A DNA stretch of 59,970 nucleotides, the filler included, from Circinaria calcarea (lineage: Eukaryota), in NCBI GenBank assembly GCA_051942165.1. It is 3 parts of 3 records of this genome, joined end to end, with 100 filler letters (N's around TTAATTAATTAA, not from the genome) between each part and the next. Parts side by side here need not be neighbours in the genome. Positions count along the whole stretch, not along the records: positions 40,126 to 59,970 come from JAVECS010000189.1; 2 more parts are not named here. The stretch is one strand, 5' to 3'. The notes beneath the pieces were generated by a model. That model did not search any database, was not told the DNA's origin, and saw nothing but the letters and a program-made list of their open reading frames with translations. Below, piece by piece: positions 46,793 through 59,600 of this stretch. Positions within the stretch are counted from its first letter, which is position 1. The number at the start of each line of letters is the position of its first letter. Position numbers and translations under genes: made by a program.

Positions 46793-47436
46793 TTCTTTTC
46801 TAATAATTATTCCATTCTAAAATTACAAAGTGGCGTAATTACCGGAACCGGCACGGCAGACCCCATACATACATACAAGTGGGCATTTTTTAATGGGCGC
46901 GCAAAACCCTTCTTAAGCAAAGTGTACGAAGAAGCCCCTTTCCTTGTCTTTCCCTTCCCAGAAAGAAAGAAACCGGTTTAATTTATTTTGAGTACCTATT
47001 GTGCACTGTACACTCCAATCGCTACCCGCGCTACCGGCTACCGCTACCTCATGCTCTCTCCATCTGTGATTTCTGTTTCCCATGTCCACCCCCCGCCCCC
47101 CAACCGCGTTATTCCCCGACTTCTCAGACCACCTTTTCATTTCTGCCATGCCCATGATCAGTTTTGCCCTCGGCGAAAAAACCCTGTATCGTAGCGGGAT
47201 TTCCAGATGCATCGACAGTGGATATATTCGAAAGCCCTTTTTCTTCAATAGGATTCAGACCGGTCTCGCTTGGTCGGGTGCTATGACGCGGAAAAACCGG
47301 GTTCCTGATATTTCTTCCTGTCCGAGGAAAAAAAGGAAAAGAAAAGTCATTGGAGGTGGAGTCGGGTTTAATCGCGAATATAGTGGTCATGCGGGTGATT
47401 TTGTTAGTTTTACATCTTTAAAGGGGAAAATTCGTC

Positions 47437-49830
47437 TCATTCCGGTTCCCAGCTGAACCGCTTCCTCTCGCCTTGGGAGCTCCCTTCGGAATCGTGTTTC
47501 CGGCTCGCCGGCCATGATCTCGTTTGTTCACTGCGATTCTCATAGCTGGCCTGCTCCGACCGCAAAGCTCTACCCCGACACTCTTCTTTATCTGGGAGAT
47601 ACGAGAGGCCCTCCTCACCGTTATTCATACTACCATGTTTTGATCCATGTTCTATAGTCATTTCTTTCGGAGTCATCGGGCTGATACCGGGCGATGGAAG
47701 GGCACTGGACGTATTGCTGACGCCTTTACTGCCGAAAGCTGTAATGCTGTCCTGGGAATACGCAAACGCCTCTGTAAAAGGACTGACCTGTGGACCTCTC
47801 TCCAGACTACATAAACCCTGGGCGCTTGATTGGGGCGGGAGCTCCACTGGATATCGTGGGTCGTGGTCGATAGGAGTGGTGACGTAATGATAGAGTTTCT
47901 TTTCGCAGGCAGAATAGGGTGAAAGAGAGTCATTTCCGTCTGGTAGCTCGGTAGCGGTATTGGCCGGGAGTTCTTTGATCTCGGTCTCATTTGTTGCTTC
48001 GGCTGCAAACTGTTCTGAGCCTTGTATTTCGGCCGGTAAAGACTTACTTCTTCGGCGGGCAAACCAATTTTGAAAGGGCGTTTTGTGGGAAATGGAATTA
48101 TTATAACAATCGTTGCGTGAGCGACGACGGCAAAAGAAGATTGCGAGCCCGATGGTGAGAGTCAGGACAACAGTTGCAGCAATAGCGATACCAATCTTTT
48201 TACCAGTGGTAAAAGCATTCCGGGACGCACCCACCTCAGCGGTGTAACCAGTGCTATTGTAGGGTGGAATAGAAACAAGGTTAACATTCTCAATCGCGTT
48301 ATCAGCAAATACCGCCGTTGAGATACTAAAGTTGTTGCGTTCATAGTCCACAATTAGGTAGGACTCCTGGAGTAGCACTCTTCCGATCGTCAGTTGAGTG
48401 CTGTTGGCACTTTTCCGAAGAGGAAAATAGTTCTTCGCAGGTGAAGAGGCCGTTGCGTTCAAGCCAGGATAGGGGTAGATCAACTGCAAATCGAAAGCCT
48501 TGTATGGTAAACTGATCACAACATTATTCGAAGAGCCTGGCAAGTCTGCCAGGGTAAATTCGAAAGTCAGATTAGCGGTGGCGAGCGCATCACGCTGAGA
48601 TGCATTTGTTCCGAATGTATATAGCCGAACATCCTCGTCATATACTAGGCCGAGAGCCTGTTCGAACTTCGTACACGGGCCGCTGGGTAGCCACAGATAG
48701 GGAGTTGATGAATCGATTGTGTAAAGATCTGCATCAGACAGCCCAAGGAGCTCCAGTGAATCTTGACCAGACCATCCTTTACTGATGTTGGAATTAGATT
48801 CCGGACTTCCGGAAACAGTTATCCTGTTAACAGCAGCAACGGGATTTTGATACGCATCAAGTCCAAAGCTAACGTTGTGTGGCACAAATCGATTGGTGTC
48901 ATATCCCCCTAACACAAGAGACGAGGGGACATGCTTGAGACCTGATCGAGTCAGTCAAAGGACGTCATCGAAGCGAGTAGCAGAAGGATCTTACGGTGAT
49001 AGGCACCGGCGGTGTAGCCGTAGCTATGCGAAGGAATAATACTGTGATTGACCAGGGAGCTCAGAAAAGTAGGTATGTCGGCATCGGTAAAGTTTGTCGG
49101 CTTGATACCCAGTCCCAGATAACCCAGCCAGTAGTCTGTATCGTTTATCATCCCGACTATTTGCGACTCTACTGATATCTGGTCACTGAGAGCAAGACTG
49201 TCGAGACCGTAGGACCCCACTCCTCTGTCGCCATCAGTACGACGCTCTCTCGGTCAGAGCATCGATCCTACTAACCCAAAGCCCAACTGTGGATTGAGTC
49301 CCAGCTCATAATATCCTAATCTTTTCCAAGTGCTGGAGGAGTTTGATTCGAAGAGGCCGCCACGCTTGATCCTGCACGTAGTTGAAGAATCACATCCACC
49401 GGGTCCCACCACCCACGTCTCTTGACTGACGGTACTGGGAAAGACATTTATCCACTGTGGCGGGGTCCCAACTCGGATCGAAACGCTGAGCAGGCGAAGA
49501 CATGTAAGTAAAGGGGCCAAAGTTACGGCCCTGGATCGCTTACGGGCTCCAGCTGCCATCGTCACCCAACCTTGAACGAAACAAGTTCAGTCACCATGCT
49601 TGCTGAAGACTGATAGAACCCCCGAGAGCTTACCATTCAGTTCGCACCGGAACAGAGACCGCTGAAGGTTGCACGGCAAGCACCACCTGCAGGCATAGCG
49701 ATATATAGAGGATAGATATACGTGCCCAGGAATCGGCCTTGAGGGCGTACTTTTGCACCATGCTGGTCGAGTAACGTAGAGGCTTACGAGATTGGCTAAT
49801 GACCGGCGATCGGTCCGAAAGCCATTTCAT
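47437..49830 (-). CDS. Pepsin-like (peptidase A1) single-pass membrane protein, multi-exon; start at 49830 or 49761
   Basis: Signal-like ISILYISLCLQVVLA, W|LGDDGSWS, IRVGTPPQ, SHSYGYTAGAYH, SLVLGGYD, IDSSTPYLWLP, IGRVLLQESYLIVDYER, TM IGIAIAATVVLTLTIGLAIFF followed by RRR. Confidence 0.88.
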
Positions 49831-51745
49831 AAAGGAGAGCAGCTCCCGTACAAGATCTTGTAGAGCAAAGAATCTTCAACGGATTGAGGTAGAGTAGGCT
49901 TCGGATGATGTTCATCGCCTATGGCCCATGATACCCTGTCATACCATGGCACGCTGCAAGTAACAAGAGGCACATTGTACGGAGTAGCGACCCACCTCAG
50001 GGAGGATAAGAAGCTGAGAGAAATGCCTTGCAGAAGCTAAACGAGGCTGATGATCGGCCCCGGGATGAGACATCATGCCAAGCTTCCCCGGTTCCGTCGA
50101 ACGTCAAGGCCAAGCAGCGGCGCATTATAGGCAAGAAGCCATGCAGCGAATGAGAGGTAAGAATACTCCCGATACCTTGTCCAAGTGAAGCCAAGACGTC
50201 CGCATCAATGTTTATGCAATCGATCGATCATGCAAAAGGGGAGCGTGACCGGTGACTGTTCAGCTCCAGCGATGTCTTTGAAAGTACGGCCGTAGGGTAC
50301 AGCTGAGCCCCGAGGGTGGCAGTTGGCTTTCTTGGTCTTGGTAGTCATAAAGCACGCAGTCGCACCATCCGGCTACATATGCAGGCCGCTTGTTGGTATC
50401 ACGTCCGACAGAGCGGTCTTTGTTCCTGACCTTGGAGGTCTGGCCTCTAGCCCAGGAGAGTTTTCGTATGACAACAAATTTCCATATAATACGGAGTAGG
50501 TTCGTGTAGGTAAAACGCTATGAGGTCCTGGGACGAAGTACTGTACAATGGAGGCCTCTACCACCACATGGGCTATCAGCGGCGCAAAGTTCCATCAAGG
50601 AAAGTCTACGTCCAGTCTTTGTCGTCTGGACTGTTGTTGAAGATTATTGTGGCGTCGGGCTAAGGACGCTACGTTAAGCCGAAGCCGGACTCCCCCCACT
50701 TCGCTTCCGTGCACACCACGCCCATTATATACTCTACTCCGTAGGCAACAGGAAAACAGTCGACCGAGGACCACTTGACTAAAGGAAAACTAGGGTTTAA
50801 TGGAGATTAAGCTGGGATGCATGCATGTACCCATCCCAATTCATTCGGAAAAGCAGTCCTCTCGTTTCTCTCCTGGAGATTTATGCGTTCCGTTGGATTT
50901 TCGACGGCCGTCACTGCTCATCTAGATCATCGGCTTTGCCACGTTTTCCCACGCTACCCTGCCTTGCCCCATCTCTTATGCATGAAGGCCAAGCCGTTAT
51001 TGACTTCAGGTCCCGGTTCGGCTTCTGCGATCCTACGACGTGTAGCTTCTCGTGATTAGGGTAGGCCTACTCGTTGATTAGTGCTGACGTTTCAGTGTGG
51101 CCTTGCCGAATACGAAAAGGGCCAGACCTAAAAATAATCCGTAGCTGGAAGTTGCTATGACAGCCAAGGTGTCTACAAAGTAGCGGCCAATGGCGAAATA
51201 TCCCAGCGATATCGAATGAGATGGCCAAGGACCCCGGGCGCACTTGCACTTGGCACGACAGGAGTCCTGGATCTTCTCCTTCGGATCATGCCACGCCCCA
51301 GACTAAGGGATGGCCACCGTCGATTTGCTGGGAAGCAGAAACCGACAGTCACAGACCCCCCGAGGCTGAGGTCTGAAAGCGACATCGTCCATGGTTGATG
51401 GTAAGGGGGGGCCAGCTGCCAGGCGAAATGGACTCTGCATGAATTGGGGTCCACGAAGTAATAATAAGACTCCCAGAGAGACCATTCGGACATTGTATGG
51501 ATGGTGTCCATAAGGCATGCTGCCGCCATCCTAGAAAGCACACTCTTCTCCTGTTGCTTGAGAGATCAGTCCCGTTAGTCTACTCAACTGTCGCTTCCTT
51601 TATATCTTCTTATATCATCAAAGCTTGCCGCTTAGCAATCTCTTGCGCTTCGTATTCTCTCTGATTATCCTTGTCCGTGGTATAAACTTGGATCACCAGA
51701 TCTCACTCTGCGAATATCTAGCAAACACCGTGGCGCTCGCAAACG

Positions 51746-54225
51746 ATGATTGTGGCTTATGCCCTTTGTGCTCTTTTACTTTTTACGCCCCATATATCGG
51801 CAGGCCGTTATGAAGTTGGCGGTTCTAAGGGTGAGTGAAGGATAGTACAGTATGATAGCGAGTCCTTGATGGTGCTTACATCGGACCCTAGCCCCGTATG
51901 GAAGACGATATTACCCTTCTGCAAACTCCACGGCAACCGGCACTCCTACGACGACGTCCTGGCAGTTCAGTACCTCGGCGAACTCAACATCATACCAGTC
52001 CTCGTTATTTTCGTCCTCGACGATTGTATCAAGTCAGTCAACATCAGGAGATGTACTGGTCGAACCAACGCCTACTGAAGATCTGCCTAAAATTCCACCT
52101 CCATTTCCGTCTGATTCTCAGACCACACATGAATGTGACACAGACGATGGGTGTCCATCATCTCCATCATCCTCACTTTTCATACCAGCGGACAATGTGG
52201 TTCCTTCTGCTACTGTAACTTCGGAACAGGCTGCTTGCACTGGATTACTAACATCGTCGGTTGTCTTCGTCACTGAGACCACTACCATCATCGAGATCGT
52301 CACCTTGCCAAGTGGTGCGCCATATCCTGATCCAACATACATCATACCCGCACAGCCATGCCCTCTCACTGACTCAACTCCTATAAACGTCGACGGCTCG
52401 AGTACTGAGGCCCAATATTTTACCCCCACCACAGCAAATGATCTTTCTCCTCCGCCTCCGTCACCACCGCCAGTTTCTGTGGCTATTAGCAGAATACCCC
52501 AAACGAGCACCGTTCTTGTTACGTAAGTCAACTATTTCTCTGTATGCGGACTCACTGACTTGGTATAGAAAGAAAGTGCCGGTAGTCGTAGAGGCTCCTG
52601 AAAGTGCAAATTCACTTGATTATAGCAAGCATGGGCCCTCCCCCACAGCTATTTCTAGCGTGAATCCACCACCTTCTCCTTCACCCACCGCTGCGAAACC
52701 AGATTTTTCTGCAGTCCCGGTAAGGCCGGGAGGATCCTCGAATCCAAACATTATTGAAGGTCCTCCATCTAGTCCTAAGGTTCCCTCTAATCCAAATACT
52801 CAAAGACCCCAAAATGCCAATCCTGGAAACCCATCCAACCCGAACAATCCAAACACTCAAGGAAACCCAAATGCCAGTCCTGGAACGCCATCTAATCCGG
52901 ACAGCCGACAAGGCAACACGGGTGCTTCACCACCTAATCCTGCTCCGGTTCTAGGAGGCGTTACTACGCTCACCATAAATAACGTACCCTTTGTGGTGAA
53001 TTCAGATAATATCGTTGTCAACTCTCAAACTTTCAATGTGGTCTTACCCACTTCGGTTGCAATTAACGGCCAAGTGTTCCAGATAGATGGGTCTGCAATC
53101 AGTGCTCTAGGCCGCACCATCGCTTTGCCTCCGAATCCTGCATCCGTGACCCTAGCAGGGCAAGTTTTTTCTATTGACTCTGCTAGGCCTTCACAGCTGG
53201 CTGGGACAGGAATAACAGTTCCCATTCCTCCAAATCCTCAAGGATCCCCTGTTATTATCGCTGGTCAGACCTTCACGTTGAACCCGAGCCAGATAATTGG
53301 GGCCGGTACTACCATGACCCTACCTGCAGTACCGTCAATCCAACCAACACCTACAGCGGTGACGGTAGAAGGAGTCACTGTTTCTGTTGGACCATCCATT
53401 GCGGTTATCGGATCATCCACCTACTCTATTACTGCAGGTCAGACCCCGGAAACCGTCGTATACGAAGGACACACTATTAGCATCGGTCCTGGAGGCCTGG
53501 GCTTTATTGGCACTTCTGTAGCACTCCCGCAAGCATCTCCAACCATCTCCGCAATAACAGCAGGTGGCCTGGAATTATCCATTGGACCTTCTGTGGCGAT
53601 TATCAGTGGTACAACGTATAGCATTGGAGCAGGTGCAAGCTCTACAGTCGTGACTGTGGGCGGAGAGGTTCTGACGATAGGGCCCAGTGGGGTTATAAGG
53701 CCAACTCAGACGATAGCACCATTGGCAACGGTCAAACCTTCGGTGGTTACAGCAGCAGGCTTGACATTCTCGATCGAGCCTTCTGCTGCGATTATTAGCG
53801 GTACCACTTATCAGATTGGGGCTGGTGCAAGTTCTAGGGTCTTGACACTTGGCGGTGAGGTTATCACTCTTGGTCCGGGAGGAGTTATATTACCGAGTCA
53901 AACCATACCGCCCTTAGCTACAATCACCCCTTCGGTAGTGACTGCCGATTCGTTGACGTTCTCAGTCGAGCCTGGAGAAGTCGTCATCTCAGGTACGACA
54001 TATCGTATCGGCAGCGGAGCAACACCTACGACCCTTGTTTTAGGAACTGCAACAGTCCGCATTGGACCAGATGGTATTGCCTTGCCATCTACTACAATCT
54101 CTCCGCCGAGCCAAACAGCCTCTGAAACACAGACCATCTTCCAATCAGCGGCCTCGTCGAGGGTAGTGTGGAGAACGTGGTGTGCGACAACGACTACTTT
54201 CTTAGGTGTCCTGATACTCCTCTGA
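51746..54225 (+). CDS. Secreted Thr/Pro/Gly-rich cell-wall or adhesin-like protein, probably GPI-anchored, 3 exons
   Basis: Signal peptide MIVAYALCALLLFTPHISA. Introns 51831-51890 and 52523-52568 keep frame. Repeats of (T/S)xGPSxAxIxGTTYxIGxGA and a hydrophobic C-terminus FLGVLILL. Confidence 0.8.
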
Positions 54226-55622
54226 CAAACGCATTTGTTGGATTTATGGGATGGATAGACCTTGCATCAGCCAGGAGTCGGTTTTACCTGCAGGCACCTG
54301 GCATCTCATTATTACTTATTAGCACATACCCGGTTTTCGACTTTAGTAGATGGCTTGTCTTCTTCCCTCCCTGATACTTTGGACAACTGCGCACTTGACT
54401 CCATACATCTGCGTCCTTTGCTATTATCGAGAAGCAACTTATTTATGCATGCATCCGGTCTTATCACCAATACGTGTGCAATACCATTTAGGGACTTTAA
54501 CCGCTACCCGCACCTTCGATCCAATAACACGGTTGGTCCAAAGGATTTTCGTGTTTATGTCTTTGCAACTCATCGAGGGTACCTATGCGAAGTCGGTCTG
54601 TGGGCTTTCCCTTCAAAACGACGACACCAAAGCTATGAGGGTATCTGTATGCGGAGCCTTGATTGGCCGAACAACCCGGTTCGAGTGTTCCGCATATTCG
54701 AACCATATCCACACGTCCATGCCTCCGTGGCCGTTGACGATGGTTAATCTCACAATCGGTGTTCGGGCCAGGCTGAAAGATAGGAGACGGGATTTCTAGA
54801 GTAATGGTGGGGTGAATTGTTTACAAAGAGGGCTCGGGGCCCTTGCATCTAATGCGAAAATGTCTGTATAGCATAAGGGGGTGCTGTGCTCTCTTTAGAC
54901 ACTCTGATAGAAAAGAATTCGACAACAACAAAGTTGTTTCCCAAACACTTTCCAATTCGGTGATGATGCGCCGTGGCTTTATACGGTTAGACTAGGTTTC
55001 CAAGGTTCGGCGGTTCGGAGCGGGTGGCAAATCCTCCCGGGCCTCTTTTTTCCCGAAGATATAGGTATTTTAGTCTGGGCTCTTTGCAATTACTACTGCG
55101 GTATGTGGATGCTTAAAGTAAACTCGATCGGCTACTTATACAACAAGTAAGAAGTTGCATAGATAATATTATGTAACTTTTTTATATCCTGCTGAAAGTG
55201 TAAAGGAATGGTACTCACAATGTTCGCTGCAGACCAATAAGACCTGGTTTTTTGAGAGAGATGGCGCAAAAGCAAAGTGGCGCGATTAACGAACGGATCG
55301 GGTTGCGTGTTCCTGTCTCGTATTCGGCTTGGGTTGCAGCTTCTCGTTGATTATTGCCAATACTGACTATTGCTTGACGGGGCTTAGTTGAGTTCTTCTT
55401 TCGGTCAGCTTAAGCGTCACCTTGCGTCATACGAGTTTCCAGAATGGGTTTGTACGAAGGTACTTTAGCTTCCCTTACTCAGTCCAGGCGCACCTTCCCT
55501 TGCAGTAAGTCTATTAAAACAGGTCGATGGCCCGCAGACTCCGCAAGCATCACCGACTCCCGAGCGGGCAAGTCTCACAGTCCTCTACCTAAGAAGCTTC
55601 TATCGCTACCTATCCCTACAAA

Positions 55623-56090
55623 ATGCTTGCCTCCTCCTTGATCTTTACCCTCACCGGGCTACTGCCCCTTTTCGCTTTCTCCGCTCCCACTCTGCTCTCG
55701 GAACGAGCTGGTGGCCCTATCCGCCAACCTATTCCAGCAAACTGCACCATCAGCTATCCCCATCCACAAAACCTTCAATCCTATCAGCCGTCGCCTAACT
55801 TTGTCTCCAAATACGCCATCTACAAATATCTCGTCTACAGCAGTGACACGACCGGCACTGAAACCGAGTATCAGAGCTGTCTGGAGAGCTGTTATGGCTA
55901 CGGCCTCCGAGGAGACTGCGTTTCGGTTTTCCTGGCGGAGAACGTCACAACGGAGGTGTACGGCACCAATGCAACAGGGACGCTATGCCAGTTCTACAGC
56001 AAGCCGCTAAACGACGGGAGTTTCGTGAAGCCGGAGGTAGAGGGATCTTATGTGAATCCCAAGGCCGCGGACATCTCCTGTCCCAAATAG
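55623..56090 (+). CDS. Small secreted cysteine-containing protein, 155 aa
   Basis: Signal peptide MLASSLIFTLTGLLPLFAFS, six Cys including CLESCYGYG..DCVS, and several NxT sequons. Confidence 0.8.
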   Translation: MLASSLIFTLTGLLPLFAFSAPTLLSERAGGPIRQPIPANCTISYPHPQNLQSYQPSPNFVSKYAIYKYLVYSSDTTGTETEYQSCLESCYGYGLRGDCVSVFLAENVTTEVYGTNATGTLCQFYSKPLNDGSFVKPEVEGSYVNPKAADISCPK

Positions 56091-56668
56091 AGGGAGGAGT
56101 CATCTTACTTGATGGACGTTCAGAATCCAAAGGAGGACCACGAGGAAAAGGAGTGGTATACAGGCTCGCTTGGGGCTACGGTGGGGCTACGATCATGACT
56201 CCTGTTTAATCACACATCAGTTAGAATGACACAAGGAAGAAAAGAGGCGTAATACGAGGCGTCGCTTCACGAAGAATAAGACGAAAAGATCCAAGCTGTG
56301 CCTGCCTCGGTGTCCAGAGGCTTCTAGAGTTGATAGTCTTTCTGATTATTCTTTATTTTGTTGGATTACAGCGCTACCTTAGACTCTTTCGTGATAGACC
56401 ATACCGGAAGACTAGTAGAAACCCAGGCGATATCTTACCTCCCTTGACAAGTTCAACGTACTGTGAACCTTGAATATTTGCATAAACGGTATAACGTGGT
56501 CTCCGTAGCAGCTCCTGTAGATTCCGATATGTCAAATCTCCAAATCTGACGAGGTGACCTCTGATCCTCCAACAAACAACCTCACAGTACATCACGGATA
56601 ATATCGTTTCGACTGACCTGTTATCGGCTCAGTCGCATTGACTACTTTCGAGTCTCTCTCGACTTTTT

Positions 56669-59600
56669 ATGCAATCAAGGCCCTCTGAAATATCCCAAGA
56701 ACCTATACCAACCAGTAGCCAAGATACCCCGAGTCAGCAATCTCAATATGGATTCGACAGCAATCATGAGGTACCAGACCCTCTCCATCGTGGAGAAAGG
56801 GCTGGGGATCTTCGACCACCTACAAGCAACGCGAACCGCTCTACGTCGCCGCCATCTGGTCACTCAAGCTCAGGGGCTGCCTCCGCAAGGGGGTTGAGTA
56901 GAGATGCCGCGCCACAAACATCGACACCCATAGATCGCATTACCCAATATGAGAAGGCGTTGACACCGTCGCCGAAGAGGACCAACAATGGACCAGCTTT
57001 CACAGTCGTGCCAAGAGCTAAGAAATCCACCACGGGGGCCTCTGCTTTTGCGGATTTTCCAAACGGTATGGAAAACACTGTGAACGCGTTTACGTTTTCA
57101 AATCTAACAGCATCAGAGGTTCTAACGCATATCCTGTCTCATCTTCCACCTTCTTCATTGTCAGCGGTATCGCTCGTATCGCGCCGATTCCATAGCCTGG
57201 TGACAACACCACATGCTTGGCGGATTGCGTTCTCGCGTTATTTCTCTGGATCCGAGGCTCCGGTAGCTTCCGACTCATCTTCAGAAAGTTCTTTTGATGA
57301 AGCCGATAATCCGTCGTCAGAGAAGCGCGTCTTTAACAGGCTGACGGCTCTTGCGTCGTGGCGCAGCGAATACATACTTCGGACACGTTTGCTTAGGTCT
57401 CTAGGACGGGGCAAACCGGCAGAGTTCCAGGCTGCAGGAGCGTCTGGCTCTTCTCGCTCTGGAAACGGTCATAGCGGCAATGCCCAAGTAACTTACAACT
57501 CCAACCTCTTCACGACCATCAATCATTTAGATGCCACGTTTGGGACTGGTCTCAATAAGAGACTACCACGCTTCATCCATGGTGCTGATGAGATTGGCTC
57601 GGCTTGCTCAAGTGATCCAAATAATGGAAAGGTTGATTCGTGGGGCTTTTCCGATCCGCAAAGTTTCCTTCAATTTTCTGACCGATTTCCTGGAGAATCT
57701 GAATATGGGCTCGGTGCTGGAGACGTTGTGGGTGTTCCGAACTTAATGGACGTGAGTCAGAAGTATGGTATGATTTATGCCGAGGGGTTTCCGGGGGGAA
57801 TTCTCTACTACAGGTCTACCCAAGAACAACGGGGCCGAGTCCTTGCCACGTCGACGATGCAACCTGCATCCGAGAACGGTATTCCACGATTGAACAACTC
57901 AGCGCTGGCTATTTGCACGATCTGGATAGCCAAATCTCCAAGCATCCCAGCTTTGACAGATGGACTTGTTGGCATCCTGTCAGGATCATCCAGCGGATCT
58001 ATCACCTCTTACTCGCTGGGTACCGAGAGTCTTCGGGAAAGACGACTCGAAAGAGGCGAGATTACAGCACGTTGGATGGTGAGCCCTGGTGTTCCAATTA
58101 TTGCGATTACTGTGGATGAAAACTATTCTACCAAACGACACGCACAAGGTCGGGTTTGGGCCGTTGCCCTTAATGCACTTGGTGAGGTTTTTCATCTTAC
58201 CGATCTACCTACTCGACGCATCATTGACCGTGGTGTGAGGCTTAACGAGGATATGCTGGAGCAGTTTGCTTGGGAGACAGGTCGCACAGTTTATTGGACA
58301 CTTGTTGAGCCAACTCGTCGTCGTGCCAAGCCTAATCCGTTCAGTACTTCAGATGTGGACGGTAGTTATTCTCCAAGGAGCTCCTGGAACGGTTTAGGTC
58401 TCAACAAGCAGCAAATTGTCGCCGAGACAAAGGAGATTGAAAATTTCGCCGACCAGAAGCCTAAACATTTTCGTAAGGTCTGTGAAGGATGGGAAATGCG
58501 CCGTCGACTTGAAGTCGATTTTGCCGGTGATGACGAGCATGAGGCTGGAGAAGCATTTATGGTCATTAATAATGGATCCGATGATGGGGAGCCTGCAAGA
58601 ATCCAGAGATTTACTCGAGTCAAGATCAGCCAATCTCTCGATGAGGCAGGTCCTAGCTATGTAGCCCTTCCATCGAATGGATTGACAGAAAGGAAGACTG
58701 CTTCCGTATTCGGAGGGGGAACACTCCTGGACAATGGAACACCTGCTTGGTCTTTTGCTCATGTCTCCCCTTTGCGCCAAAACTCTGTGCATCAAATCGA
58801 CCTTGAATGCTCGTCCAAAGTCATCGAGGAATGGCGGGTCTCTACCTTTTCATTTGGCGGGTTGAAGGCAACTCAGATCGTGACTACAGCAATGGATATG
58901 TCTACATATTCTTTGCTTACTGTCATGGAAGACCCACTACTTGGCATGATGGCTTCTTCAGCTAGCTCCTCTCCATTATCCTCACCCCTGGGGCAAACAT
59001 TCCAACCTGGTTCACCGTCGGACATCCCTGGCCAACGTGCTAGGTTCCTGGCTGCTGGTACCAAAGTCGGCACCATTATTGTTTGGAACGTACGTTCGCC
59101 AACTTCGAGGAATACCGACTTGATCAATACTATTCAGCCTGTTCGCATAATTCATACGGATTCGCCACAGATTTCCTGTTTGGCGCTATCCGCACTCTAC
59201 CTTGTACATGGTGGCAATGACGGTCTAGTCCAAGCTTGGGATCCTCTGTCTTCAACTACTCAACCTATCCGGACTTTGAATTCCAGATTCTCATCTCGAG
59301 CTCGCCGTAGGCTTGTTCAAGCTGAAGCGTCACCGCAAGGTGTCGGCATAAATCTTTTTGCTGCCGGTGCTGTTTGTCTTGATCCTGATCCGACTGTATT
59401 ACGGGGCATGGTATCCCTTGGTACTCATCTTCGGTATTGGAGTTATAGTTCCTCTGCCGCTGATCAATACAAGAGCAGTAAACGTCGAATGAGACGATCT
59501 GAGCGTGGTAGCAACCAGGGTGGGGAGCGGTTCAGTGGTACTGGCCGTGGGGTGCTTAAGGACTACATCGCAAACGAAAAGTTAGAACTTGAGCAGGAAA

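Noticed and set aside
54262..54799. Two overlapping ~150-160 aa ORFs downstream of the cell-wall gene
   Set aside because: No recognisable motifs; they overlap in different frames in a probable 3' UTR or intergenic region.
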